Part shown: positions 10,742 to 19,783 of the stretch, piece by piece | How the letters are laid out: every line of letters begins with the position of its first letter | Position numbering within the stretch: position 1 is the stretch's first letter | Source of the DNA: an uncultured virus (IMG/VR IMGVR_UViG_3300024283_000012) | Lineage: Duplodnaviria; Heunggongvirae; Uroviricota; Caudoviricetes | IMG/VR virus record: IMGVR_UViG_3300024283_000012 | Length of the DNA stretch: 64,000 nucleotides | Direction: 5' to 3' (one strand) | The notes under the pieces: generated by a model | The model's input: only the letters and a program-made list of their open reading frames with translations | The model's database searches: none | Told to the model about the DNA's origin: nothing | Program-made: the position numbers and the translations under genes

Positions 10742-11302
10742 ATGCACAATAAAGAGAAAGATCAAGCAGATGCTCGGCTGGCGACAGCGACCCAGCAACA
10801 GCAGCAAGCGTACAATAACGTTCAGAAAGACCCGGCGATTATCGCGCAGGAAAAGCGATTTTCTGACCAGTTAGACCAATACGGCAAGGGTGACTATTCG
10901 AGCGCCCCGCTCTACAACGCAATGGTCACGACTGGCACAAAGATGCGCGACTTGAACCTAACCCCGACCGGCGACGAGGCATTGCTTGGGTACGGCACAG
11001 GAGAAGGCGACAATTATACCAAGCAGCTCGCCGACGATCGGAAGCGGTCGTTTATGTCATCGGTCGCAGGGATGCTGCCGGGCGCAGTCGAACAGGATAT
11101 CGGCAACGCGCAGGCGGGACTCTATTCGACATCCGGGATGCTGACCAACGTTGATCTCGCAAAAGCGGGACTTGCGCAGAATGACCTGAACACAGCGGCC
11201 AATCTATTCCAGTTCTCGCGGCGGCCATCGTGGCTTGGTCAGGCGGGGCTTGGGCTGATCGGCCAGAGCGGTCAGCTGGCGAAAGCTTACGCAGACGGTT
11301 AA
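10742..11302 (+). CDS. Putative small ejection (internal virion) protein
   Basis: GAGG RBS; Gln/Ala/Gly-rich helical protein. Confidence 0.5.
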   Translation: MHNKEKDQADARLATATQQQQQAYNNVQKDPAIIAQEKRFSDQLDQYGKGDYSSAPLYNAMVTTGTKMRDLNLTPTGDEALLGYGTGEGDNYTKQLADDRKRSFMSSVAGMLPGAVEQDIGNAQAGLYSTSGMLTNVDLAKAGLAQNDLNTAANLFQFSRRPSWLGQAGLGLIGQSGQLAKAYADG

Positions 11303-11312
11303 AGGAGCATAG

Positions 11313-13046
11313 ATGCCAACAGGCGACGTACTTATCGACGCAATTGTGATTCCAAACTGGCACTATCCAAATGCCACGGTCGAATTGCAGATTGATATAT
11401 CTGAAGCGTTCACGGCTACAGACGGCACCCCGATTCAACCCGGCGACTATCTGTCCGTGATCTGTACGCCGGACCTGAATGCCTTCACGTTGTCGATACC
11501 GGCCTTTCACGTCTTCAACACGACGAACGGCCAGGACAAGATCAACTGCACGTACAGCGCGAAGTTCTACGATGGCACGAATCACACGCAGAAGATCGCC
11601 GACTTTGCCAATTATCAAGCCTTCTCAGTTTCGGCAACTCCGACCGAAACGACATGGGCCAGCCTGGCAAACAAGCCGCCGGGAACTAATCGCTACGACT
11701 TTACCGCGTTTATGCGCGGCGTTGTCGACACGCTGTATTCGCGCCAGACCTTTGTTGATGGCGACACGACACCTTCGGTCGCGGCTTTCTATAGTTTCAA
11801 GACAGCAAACACAGCGACAACTCTCATTACGAATTTTGATAACGGATACGATGGCAAGACCATCTGGGTCTTAATCAACGACTCCCATACGAGCATATTT
11901 GGCACGCACTACACGCTCGGCGATTTCCTGTCGTTCCAGTACGACGGTACGACGTGGCGGTCAGCGATTCCTGTATCGGCGTCGGGGGTGACGAGTTTCA
12001 ACGGCCGCAATGGCGCGGTCGTCCCGGTCGATGGCGATTATTTCACCGTGAACACTCCTGTGTTGATTACAGCAAACCAGAATAACTATGCTCCGAGTAG
12101 CGGTTTCTTCCAGCGGTGGTCAAGCAATGCCTCCCGCAATATCACTGGAATGGTTGCGCCTTCAGCCGGCCAGCAGCGCGAGATCTGGAATGTCGGATCA
12201 AATAACATCGTCCTGATACATGAATCCAGCTTATCGACGGCCGCAAATCGGTTTACGGTGTCGACAGGTGAAGACCTGACCGTTGAGCCTAACCAGTCAG
12301 CGGTCGCAGACTATGATGCAGTGACTTCGCGGTGGCGTATTCAGGCAATTGGCGCAGGCGGCGGTGGAAATTCGCTCTTCTATGACCTGGCCGTTGATGT
12401 CGATGGCGCTCCGGCCGCGAATCAAACGGTATTCAGGTTTGTTGCCTGTCGCGCCTTTACGCTTGGGCTTAGCGCCTCACAGGGACTGGCCGGTGTAGCA
12501 GCGACAGCTCAAACCGACTTCCTGGTCACTGTCAACGGCGTGACCAAGGCAACGATTCGATTCGCAATAGGCGGAACAGTTGCGACCATTGTCAGCCCGA
12601 CAAGTACCGGCATAGTTCCTGGCGATATTGTTAGAATCATTGCTCCGGCCAGCCCTGATGCAACACTCGCCAATATCGCCTTTACCCTCGACGCGACAAC
12701 CAGCGGATCGAGCGAGCCCTATGACGCCAGTTGTCAGATTGACGGAATTCCGACGGCCAGTCAGATCGTTCTCAAATTCGTCGCTGTCAGGGGCGCGACG
12801 TTTCCAATGTCAGGATCTACCGGTGCGGCGGCATTCGCAGCGACGGCCGATACGGATTTTTTGGTGAAGGTCAACGGCATAACGGAAGCAACGTTGCGGT
12901 TCGCTGCAGGCCAGACGGTCGCCACGGTGGTAAGCCCAAGTTCAACGCCAGTGAACGCCGGGGACGTTGTGACCATTGTCGCTCCGGCCGTACCGGACGC
13001 GACACTTGCGAATATCGCGCTGACACTGAAAGGAACAACGCCTTAA
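11313..13046 (+). CDS. Tail fibre / receptor-binding protein with duplicated C-terminal domain
   Basis: 577 aa; VTSFNGRNGAV fibre motif; two ~100-aa repeats ending PDATLANIAxTL. Confidence 0.7.
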   Translation: MPTGDVLIDAIVIPNWHYPNATVELQIDISEAFTATDGTPIQPGDYLSVICTPDLNAFTLSIPAFHVFNTTNGQDKINCTYSAKFYDGTNHTQKIADFANYQAFSVSATPTETTWASLANKPPGTNRYDFTAFMRGVVDTLYSRQTFVDGDTTPSVAAFYSFKTANTATTLITNFDNGYDGKTIWVLINDSHTSIFGTHYTLGDFLSFQYDGTTWRSAIPVSASGVTSFNGRNGAVVPVDGDYFTVNTPVLITANQNNYAPSSGFFQRWSSNASRNITGMVAPSAGQQREIWNVGSNNIVLIHESSLSTAANRFTVSTGEDLTVEPNQSAVADYDAVTSRWRIQAIGAGGGGNSLFYDLAVDVDGAPAANQTVFRFVACRAFTLGLSASQGLAGVAATAQTDFLVTVNGVTKATIRFAIGGTVATIVSPTSTGIVPGDIVRIIAPASPDATLANIAFTLDATTSGSSEPYDASCQIDGIPTASQIVLKFVAVRGATFPMSGSTGAAAFAATADTDFLVKVNGITEATLRFAAGQTVATVVSPSSTPVNAGDVVTIVAPAVPDATLANIALTLKGTTP

Positions 13047-14848
13047 TGCCAGTAATCACCGTCCATAAGAGTGTCAGTAGTTTTATGCTTGGCAAGTTCG
13101 CTGAGTATAAATTTATCGAAGGCTCGGGCCAGCAGGTATTCAACAAGGTCGGAAGCTCCACGCCGTTTCTGCCAAATCTACTGTCAACAGGCGAGCAACT
13201 TAACGCGGCGACCGATGCCGACGGATGGATCAACGCAGGCTCAGTGACAACGACTGATTTTGCCGGAACCGACCCGCTTGGGGGCAATGCAGCGACTCGC
13301 GTTCAGCTCACATCAAACGGAGCATTTCTCTACTATCAGCCGCCGCTCGCAGCTGGAACATATACATTCAGCGTTTACGTGAAGTCGAATACCGGAGTTT
13401 CTCAGACCCTTCGGGCAGGCCCGACGACAGCGCCGGTCAATATAACGGCAACGACTTCATGGCAAAGATTCAGTGGTACGTTTACTTTGGGTTCTCCCGG
13501 GATACCGGCGATAACTGCTGTCTGGGAGGATGCTGCGAATAATCCGGTTGACGTGCTTGTTTATGGCGTGCAGCTCGAAGCGGGTAGTTCGGTTTCTGCC
13601 TATACCCCACCGGAGCTTGACATGCAATTGGGCGCCCAGCCCATTGCTGACGCGAAAGATCCCGTATGGAACAGCACCGGGCAGGACCTGAGTGGCACCG
13701 GGTACAATTTTGGGGTTTCGAGTGCCGGACATTCAGTGTCAACGATTTCGGTCTACGCAGCTGTTAAACAGACAGCCGCTGATCTTGCGTCAGGAATGGA
13801 ACCGATTATCGCTGAGAAATACGGTTCTCTAAAAATGCTCCTGATGGGCGCATTTAAGGATTTCGGCGCAATTGCCAACACAAAAGTCCCGTCGTTTTTG
13901 TTCGGGGGCAATCACCACGTCGATGCTTATGGCGTCATTCTTAACGACGGAAAATGGCATGTCCTCTGTGGAACTTACGACGGCACGACGCAGCGGCTTT
14001 ACCTGGATGGCGTAGAAGTTGCCAGCCAGATTGTCAGCATCGGTTCCGTCCAGATAAACAGGTTGTATATAGGTCGCCTCATCGGCGCTTCTACCGCAGA
14101 CTACTTTCCTGGCTCAATCGGCTACGCCTCTGTTTGCAATATAGCCCACTCAGCGTCACAGGTTCGGTCAAACTCTACAAGTATCGGCGCGATAATCACC
14201 GGACGCGGCGGCACGGTAAACACGATTGATACGTGGCTCGCCTTTGAGGGGGATAGCCTTTCTGACCCGAACGGAGCCCCACCGCCATCCGGCCGCGACT
14301 TCACAAACGGCTGGGTTTATATGCTACTGCATAATCTCAGCCCGACTCTGCAGGCGCGAAACTTTGCTCTTAGCGGTTCGACTATCGTCCCTGGAACTCT
14401 TTCGATTGCGAACGTTGCCCGCTACCAGTTGATCGATGCGACATACGATGCGTCTCGAAGCAAGAACATCCTGACGGTCTTTGTCGGCGCAAACGATCTG
14501 AACAGCGGCGTGACCGCTTCGTCGTTTGTGGCACAGTTGAAAGCATACTGTCTCGCACGGAGAGGCGTCGGGTGGCTAATCAATGTTGTCCTGCCGTTGC
14601 CTCAGAAGGCCGCGCACACCGGCGTCAACGCTCTGAAAGATGCCATTATTGCGCTGATGCTCGCCGATCCTGACTGGCAAAACGGTGTCGCGGCTCACGT
14701 GCTTTCGAGGACTGATCTTGAGTCGCATATTGGCCCGAACGCTGCTGCCGAAGATACGACACTTTATTCTGATGGGGAGCACCTGGCGACGCTTGGCAAT
14801 ACTTATTTGTGGCCGGTCATCAACACCGCCCTGGCGACGTTACTGTAA
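13046..14848 (+). CDS. Tail-associated protein: carbohydrate-binding + LamG-like + SGNH/GDSL esterase domains
   Basis: QLEAGSSVSAY; NDGKWHVLCGTYDGTTQRLYLDG (LamG); FEGDSLS, VGANDL, DGEH (SGNH blocks). Confidence 0.8.
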   Translation: MPVITVHKSVSSFMLGKFAEYKFIEGSGQQVFNKVGSSTPFLPNLLSTGEQLNAATDADGWINAGSVTTTDFAGTDPLGGNAATRVQLTSNGAFLYYQPPLAAGTYTFSVYVKSNTGVSQTLRAGPTTAPVNITATTSWQRFSGTFTLGSPGIPAITAVWEDAANNPVDVLVYGVQLEAGSSVSAYTPPELDMQLGAQPIADAKDPVWNSTGQDLSGTGYNFGVSSAGHSVSTISVYAAVKQTAADLASGMEPIIAEKYGSLKMLLMGAFKDFGAIANTKVPSFLFGGNHHVDAYGVILNDGKWHVLCGTYDGTTQRLYLDGVEVASQIVSIGSVQINRLYIGRLIGASTADYFPGSIGYASVCNIAHSASQVRSNSTSIGAIITGRGGTVNTIDTWLAFEGDSLSDPNGAPPPSGRDFTNGWVYMLLHNLSPTLQARNFALSGSTIVPGTLSIANVARYQLIDATYDASRSKNILTVFVGANDLNSGVTASSFVAQLKAYCLARRGVGWLINVVLPLPQKAAHTGVNALKDAIIALMLADPDWQNGVAAHVLSRTDLESHIGPNAAAEDTTLYSDGEHLATLGNTYLWPVINTALATLL

Positions 14849-15028
14849 TTTGATGCCCAAGAGAAACATTACACCACTGAGGATCGCACCGATGCAACCG
14901 CCCGCAACGGCGGCGTGCATCGAGATTGTCACCGCCGCGAATATTCGGTATCCCCTGCGCGAAAGACGAATAGTGGAAACCGCAAAACCGATGAGCGCGA
15001 ACAGAAGAACGGGCAAGAACTGGCACAT
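14840..15028 (-). CDS. Small two-TM membrane protein (moron-like)
   Basis: 62-aa hydrophobic ORF opposite to the late operon. Confidence 0.45.
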   Translation of the reverse strand: MCQFLPVLLFALIGFAVSTIRLSRRGYRIFAAVTISMHAAVAGGCIGAILSGVMFLLGIKLQ

Positions 15029-15033
15029 AGGTG

Positions 15034-15225
15034 TTATCCAGCGAATGAATGGTGACTGGCAATTATCCAGACTGCGGCACAGACAAGGACGAGCGACACA
15101 ACGCAGAACCATGCAGCTACAGCCTTTTCGCCTTCGCAGTAAATCTTGTATGCGACAAAGATCGCCACAGCGCCGGGCAGGAGCGTACCGCCAAGGATGA
15201 TGATTGCGCCGACGATGAAAGGCAT
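15034..15225 (-). CDS. Small two-TM membrane protein (moron-like)
   Basis: 63-aa hydrophobic ORF tandem with 14840..15028. Confidence 0.5.
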   Translation of the reverse strand: MPFIVGAIIILGGTLLPGAVAIFVAYKIYCEGEKAVAAWFCVVSLVLVCAAVWIIASHHSFAG

Positions 15226-15386
15226 GGCGCAAAGGATATGGCACCGAACGAATTAAGGTCAATGTATTTATGACGCTTTCTGTTATTATTCGGTTAATCA
15301 CTTTTCGGCAAAAGAATTGCCAAAACCACAGGTCGCCTCGGCTGACTTCAGTAACAAGGGTTCTCTGCTATTAGGAGAATCAAATC

Positions 15387-15662
15387 ATGTATAAAGGCAA
15401 CGCCTTAACGACCAGCGTGACGACCGCAAACACGTCTGGGGTATTGCTGGCCGGAAACAGCCAGCGGATTCGAGCGGAATTCATCAACAGGGATGCAGCC
15501 ATTACGGTTTACATCAAAGCCGGCGGCACGGCGGCAACCACAGATCACATACCCCTCGCGCCGGGCGCTCAGTATGTCGACGATTACGGTACTAGCGACT
15601 GGTTTGTCATTGCAGCTTCGGGCACCCCGAAGGTCTGCGTTACTCAAATCCTGGCACGATAA
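15387..15662 (+). CDS. Small beta-rich virion/decoration-like protein
   Basis: AGGAG RBS; 91 aa. Confidence 0.65.
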   Translation: MYKGNALTTSVTTANTSGVLLAGNSQRIRAEFINRDAAITVYIKAGGTAATTDHIPLAPGAQYVDDYGTSDWFVIAASGTPKVCVTQILAR

Positions 15663-15674
15663 GGGAGAACAGCT

Positions 15675-16055
15675 ATGGCATTGAATCAATCGAATCAGGG
15701 TAATCCCGGCACGGTGTCCAGTAGCAGCGTTGCGACTGCTCTACGTAGCGCAACCTCGCTTACGGCTGGCGGCACAAACGCGCTCGACTTGGGGCTGGCA
15801 AACTATTTTGTCCTGACCTGTGGAGCGGGCAATACGACACTCACATTTTCGAATATCGCCGACGGCGCAACCTACACGTTCTCAATCGTGCAGGACGGCG
15901 TAGGTAGTCGGCTGATCACCTGGCCTGCAACCGTCAAGTGGGCCGGCGGTTCTGGCCCGACACTCTCAACCGGCGCGAGCAAACGAGACAACGTAAGATT
16001 CGTCTCAGATGGCACCTCGCTGTTCGAGATCTCACGCGCTCTCGATGTTCGATAA
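15675..16055 (+). CDS. Small tail-fibre-like domain protein
   Basis: IVQDGVGSRLITWPATVKWAGGSGPTLST, a common phage fibre C-terminal motif. Confidence 0.7.
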   Translation: MALNQSNQGNPGTVSSSSVATALRSATSLTAGGTNALDLGLANYFVLTCGAGNTTLTFSNIADGATYTFSIVQDGVGSRLITWPATVKWAGGSGPTLSTGASKRDNVRFVSDGTSLFEISRALDVR

Positions 16056-16062
16056 ATCAACT

Positions 16063-16086
16063 GGGGCCATCCGGCCCCCTCTTTTG
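16063..16086 (+). terminator. Probable intrinsic terminator
   Basis: ggggcc-atcc-ggcccc then ctctttt. Confidence 0.5.
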
Positions 16087-16096
16087 AGGTAACGAA

Positions 16097-16459
16097 ATGA
16101 CTGCTTCAATAACTACTCCGGGCGCATTTAAGAAAACAATCACCCTTGGCGCTGCCGATACGCCGCAGCAGCTTTCGGCCCTGATGATCGCAAAGCAGCC
16201 AGGCGCGTGGGTGCATGGCGCAGAACTGAACATCTTTGGCGTCGCAGGCAACACGGCCCCTATCTACATCGGCGATTCGGGAATGGTGAGCCCAGGCGCT
16301 GGCCTTGCCCCTGTTGATTATATCTGGGCGCTCGATGGGGATGGTAATCCCTACAACTCTGGCGGCGGCCGCGACAATAACTTTACGCACTGCGGCGACT
16401 ACTGGGTTATGTCTACAGCTGGAACCCAGAAGATCAGGGTTGAATTAACTGTCGGATGA
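16097..16459 (+). CDS. Small beta-rich virion-like protein
   Basis: GAGGT RBS; 120 aa. Confidence 0.65.
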   Translation: MTASITTPGAFKKTITLGAADTPQQLSALMIAKQPGAWVHGAELNIFGVAGNTAPIYIGDSGMVSPGAGLAPVDYIWALDGDGNPYNSGGGRDNNFTHCGDYWVMSTAGTQKIRVELTVG

Positions 16460-16466
16460 GGATTAG

Positions 16467-17480
16467 ATGAAAAAGATATTACTTCCCTTTTTGTTCCTGC
16501 TGTTTGCTCTGGCGATTCAGGCGCAACCGCAAAGCAACACAGCGACCTATATTAAACACGGCACATCGTCGTCGGTGACTTCAGGCGGGGCCTGCTCGAC
16601 AGGCGCTGTCTACTTGCGCACTGACACTGGCCACCGATTCTTGTGTCCCGCTGGCGTGTGGGTCGATATGGGCACGGCGACAGCGCCGGTGCTGGGAACG
16701 CCGGCAAGTGGCACGCTGACCAATGCAACAGGCTTACCCCTGACGACTGGCGTGACGGGCGTATTGCCATCGACGAATGGCGGAGCCAATCCATTGCTGC
16801 CTCTATTCAACAATGCCAGCGAGGTCGCTGTCTATCAAACAGGGCTAGCCGCGACGGACAATGATCTCTATACCTGTCCGGCAAGCAAGCGATGCTTTCC
16901 GCTAATTATTACTCAGTTTAATGGCAACGCCGCCAGTGCCAATATTTTCTACGAAGTTAAGATTAGCGGGGTCTACCAGCAGGTCACGTCAACGGCGACC
17001 GTAACCACTCTGGCTGTGGCAAATCCTACATATGGTTATATCTTAAATGCTGGCGAAATATTGGCGGTAAATTCCACCCAAACGGCCCTGAACGTCTGGA
17101 TACGGATGATAGTCTTTGACGACACAACCGCAATTTCCAGCCATAAGATAACCAGCTTCATCAATGGGGATAACACAGTCTATACTTGCCCGGCAAACAA
17201 GACCTGCGCGATCCTGAATGGGGTCGGGCAAAGCACAACGAACGGCACTGTGTTTTATTGGAATGGCACTGGATCGAATCGAGCCGTTTCGTATAACTGC
17301 GTACCTGCTGCTGGCAGTCCATCAACTGCAAATCGCTTTTCGACAAACGTGGGGATCACAACTACAACTTTACAATCAATCCCCGGTGCACAGGTGATGA
17401 CTGCGGGTCAGTTTATAAGCATCAACATTGATTCAAACTCTGCTTCTCAATTTGTTTGGGTAAATTCGTGGGAGTTTTAG
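16467..17480 (+). CDS. Signal-peptide-bearing protein with tail-fibre-like motif
   Basis: [37 protein letters not shown]; duplicated YTCPAxKxC. Confidence 0.7.
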   Translation: MKKILLPFLFLLFALAIQAQPQSNTATYIKHGTSSSVTSGGACSTGAVYLRTDTGHRFLCPAGVWVDMGTATAPVLGTPASGTLTNATGLPLTTGVTGVLPSTNGGANPLLPLFNNASEVAVYQTGLAATDNDLYTCPASKRCFPLIITQFNGNAASANIFYEVKISGVYQQVTSTATVTTLAVANPTYGYILNAGEILAVNSTQTALNVWIRMIVFDDTTAISSHKITSFINGDNTVYTCPANKTCAILNGVGQSTTNGTVFYWNGTGSNRAVSYNCVPAAGSPSTANRFSTNVGITTTTLQSIPGAQVMTAGQFISINIDSNSASQFVWVNSWEF

Positions 17481-17487
17481 CAACTAA

Positions 17488-18216
17488 ATGACAACTGCGC
17501 TTCAATCATTACCCAGATGGGAAGCAGCGACCCGTGGCGGCGGCCTGGTTGCGCGTGATTCTCACGTTTCGAAACGCGCCTATGTCGCTCCGGCCGCAAT
17601 CGTCCGCTCTGGCGCTGAGATATTTGGTCAGGCACGCGCTGAGGGCACAACCGAAGTAGGCAGACTGGCTCGGCTCTCAGGCAAAGCAATCGTGCGCAAC
17701 AGCCGGATACTCGACTTCTCTGCCGTGTCTGATTCTGCGCAGGTCATTAATTCAACGCTCTCAGCCGACGCGGGTCAAAGGGACTGCCCGTTTGTGTGTG
17801 ACGAGGCGGTTGTCGAGGATAGCCATCTTTATGGACAGGTCAGGGTTTGCGAGAACGGATCGCTGAAGAACGTTACCGCCGATGGCAATGTTGAGATACG
17901 CGGCAATGGTCGCGCTGAAGATTGCGAACTGGGATCAGGCGTAATCATACACGAAGGTATCTGGCACGAATCGCCTCGAGTCTGGCTGACCGGACTGCAT
18001 TACAACTTGATTGCGTGTCGTCAGCACGAAGATTGGCAGCAGTCGAAATGCATTGTCGGATGCGTTTGCCACACGGTCGATCACTGGATCCGTGGCGGCC
18101 GCAAGAACGGTCAGCTAATGGGGATGACCGACGAGCAGATGTGGGTGTTTGCTCAACTGATAATCGAGAACTTTGTACCGGCTGAGTATCGCAAAGAAGC
18201 TTATAGCATTTGGTAA
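17488..18216 (+). CDS. Left-handed beta-helix (hexapeptide-like repeat) protein
   Basis: Repeating A-x-V/I-x-G/D-x units. Confidence 0.65.
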   Translation: MTTALQSLPRWEAATRGGGLVARDSHVSKRAYVAPAAIVRSGAEIFGQARAEGTTEVGRLARLSGKAIVRNSRILDFSAVSDSAQVINSTLSADAGQRDCPFVCDEAVVEDSHLYGQVRVCENGSLKNVTADGNVEIRGNGRAEDCELGSGVIIHEGIWHESPRVWLTGLHYNLIACRQHEDWQQSKCIVGCVCHTVDHWIRGGRKNGQLMGMTDEQMWVFAQLIIENFVPAEYRKEAYSIW

Positions 18217-18220
18217 ATCT

Positions 18221-19783
18221 ATGGCGTTAAGTCCAGAAACCCTAACTTCGATTTTGCGCATCAAGAAGCAGCAGGATCAGGATGCGGCCGATCGCGCGGC
18301 TGAAGCGGCAAAGAACGCGCCAGTCGATAACACGCGACCTGCGGCACCGGGTCCGTTTGGTCCTTTGGCGGGTGCAACGGCCGGATTAATCAATGGACAA
18401 CCTGAAGGCGGGATTAGCGATTGGCAGACAGGTCAACCGCAACTGGACAATTCAAACCTTGCTGGTCCGGTGCCGACAAATTTGACGCCCCCGCAGTCGT
18501 TTCAGCCTCCGCCATTACCGAATACCAGACCGCGACTCGTTACAGGTACGCCTGTTGAGCAAGGTGGTGCGTCGCCCATCGGATACAACGGCGGTCAATT
18601 GCTCAACTCTGGCGACTTCAATTATCTAAATCCGCGCGTACCTAACCCGAAGCAGACATATGAAGGCACGCCGATGCCATCGCGGCCGGACTATCAAAAC
18701 AGCGTCGACGCGACAGGCCAGCATATCGGTAAAGCCGCTCGGTTCGGCGCGGGTTTCCGCGAGGGGCTACGTGGCGGTCCACTATTCGCGCTCGGCAATG
18801 CGGTGACTTCCCTGCTCGCTCCCGGTCACGGCAACGAAGAAAAGTATCAGGTTGACAGTGAGCGGTTCAATAGAGAGAAGGCGATAGATCAGCAACGCGA
18901 CAGGAACGATCCGTACTATCAGAATCAATTGCAGACGCAGCAGTTGAGGATGGAGCAGCCGGTTAAATTGCAGACTTTCCAGCAGCAGCAGCAGGCAGAG
19001 CAAGCACGCCAGATGACACTGGAAGCACAGAGACAGCAGGGGCGAATCGAGAAAGCAAATCTCGTCGGCACTCAGGCGCTGGCAAAAGTCAGAATGACCA
19101 ATGAGGGTAAATCTGCACTCGCCGATAAGAACAATCTCGCAAAGGCAACGCTGGAAACCCGCCAGATTGCCGCAGGTCTGACGGGACAACCGGACTATGA
19201 CAATCTTTCGGACGAAGACAAAGCACAGATGGTTTCCGATATATATGTCAAACGGCAACAGCAAAAAGTCGCTGAATCCGCATCGAAAACAAATAAAAAT
19301 ATTGCGCAGACCAGTCAGGCAGTTGCGGCCACGGAAGCCACAAAGAAGCTCGGCGACTTGCGCGACAAGCAAGGCCAGTTAATAGACGACAAGATCAGCA
19401 ATCCAGAGCACTATTACAGGGGAATGACCGGGGATGCTCTCTACCGTGCGCAGATGGGTGATTACACCGACGCACTAAAGAGACTGGATACCGAAGAATC
19501 GCAGGCTCGCCAGGATCGCCGTGCCGGCGTTATCGACGATGATGCTCTGAAGGCAAAGCTCGGCGATATAGCTACTCGTCGCACGGCGGCGGTTCAGGCA
19601 CGCAAAGATGCCAGCCAGCAAGTCATCGGACAGGATCAGGCACGCAGGACTGGTGCGAGAACTGGCCCCACGCTGTCGACCGGGCACAAAACTGGCGACA
19701 CCGTTACGGTCGGCGGCAAACAGGTTCGAATAACCAAAGTTCACCCAGACGGTAAAACATTTGACTACGAAGAAATCAAATAA
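18221..19783 (+). CDS. Putative ejection/internal virion protein
   Basis: Pro-rich N-terminus, Gln-rich coiled coils, directly upstream of the giant gene. Confidence 0.6.
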   Translation: MALSPETLTSILRIKKQQDQDAADRAAEAAKNAPVDNTRPAAPGPFGPLAGATAGLINGQPEGGISDWQTGQPQLDNSNLAGPVPTNLTPPQSFQPPPLPNTRPRLVTGTPVEQGGASPIGYNGGQLLNSGDFNYLNPRVPNPKQTYEGTPMPSRPDYQNSVDATGQHIGKAARFGAGFREGLRGGPLFALGNAVTSLLAPGHGNEEKYQVDSERFNREKAIDQQRDRNDPYYQNQLQTQQLRMEQPVKLQTFQQQQQAEQARQMTLEAQRQQGRIEKANLVGTQALAKVRMTNEGKSALADKNNLAKATLETRQIAAGLTGQPDYDNLSDEDKAQMVSDIYVKRQQQKVAESASKTNKNIAQTSQAVAATEATKKLGDLRDKQGQLIDDKISNPEHYYRGMTGDALYRAQMGDYTDALKRLDTEESQARQDRRAGVIDDDALKAKLGDIATRRTAAVQARKDASQQVIGQDQARRTGARTGPTLSTGHKTGDTVTVGGKQVRITKVHPDGKTFDYEEIK

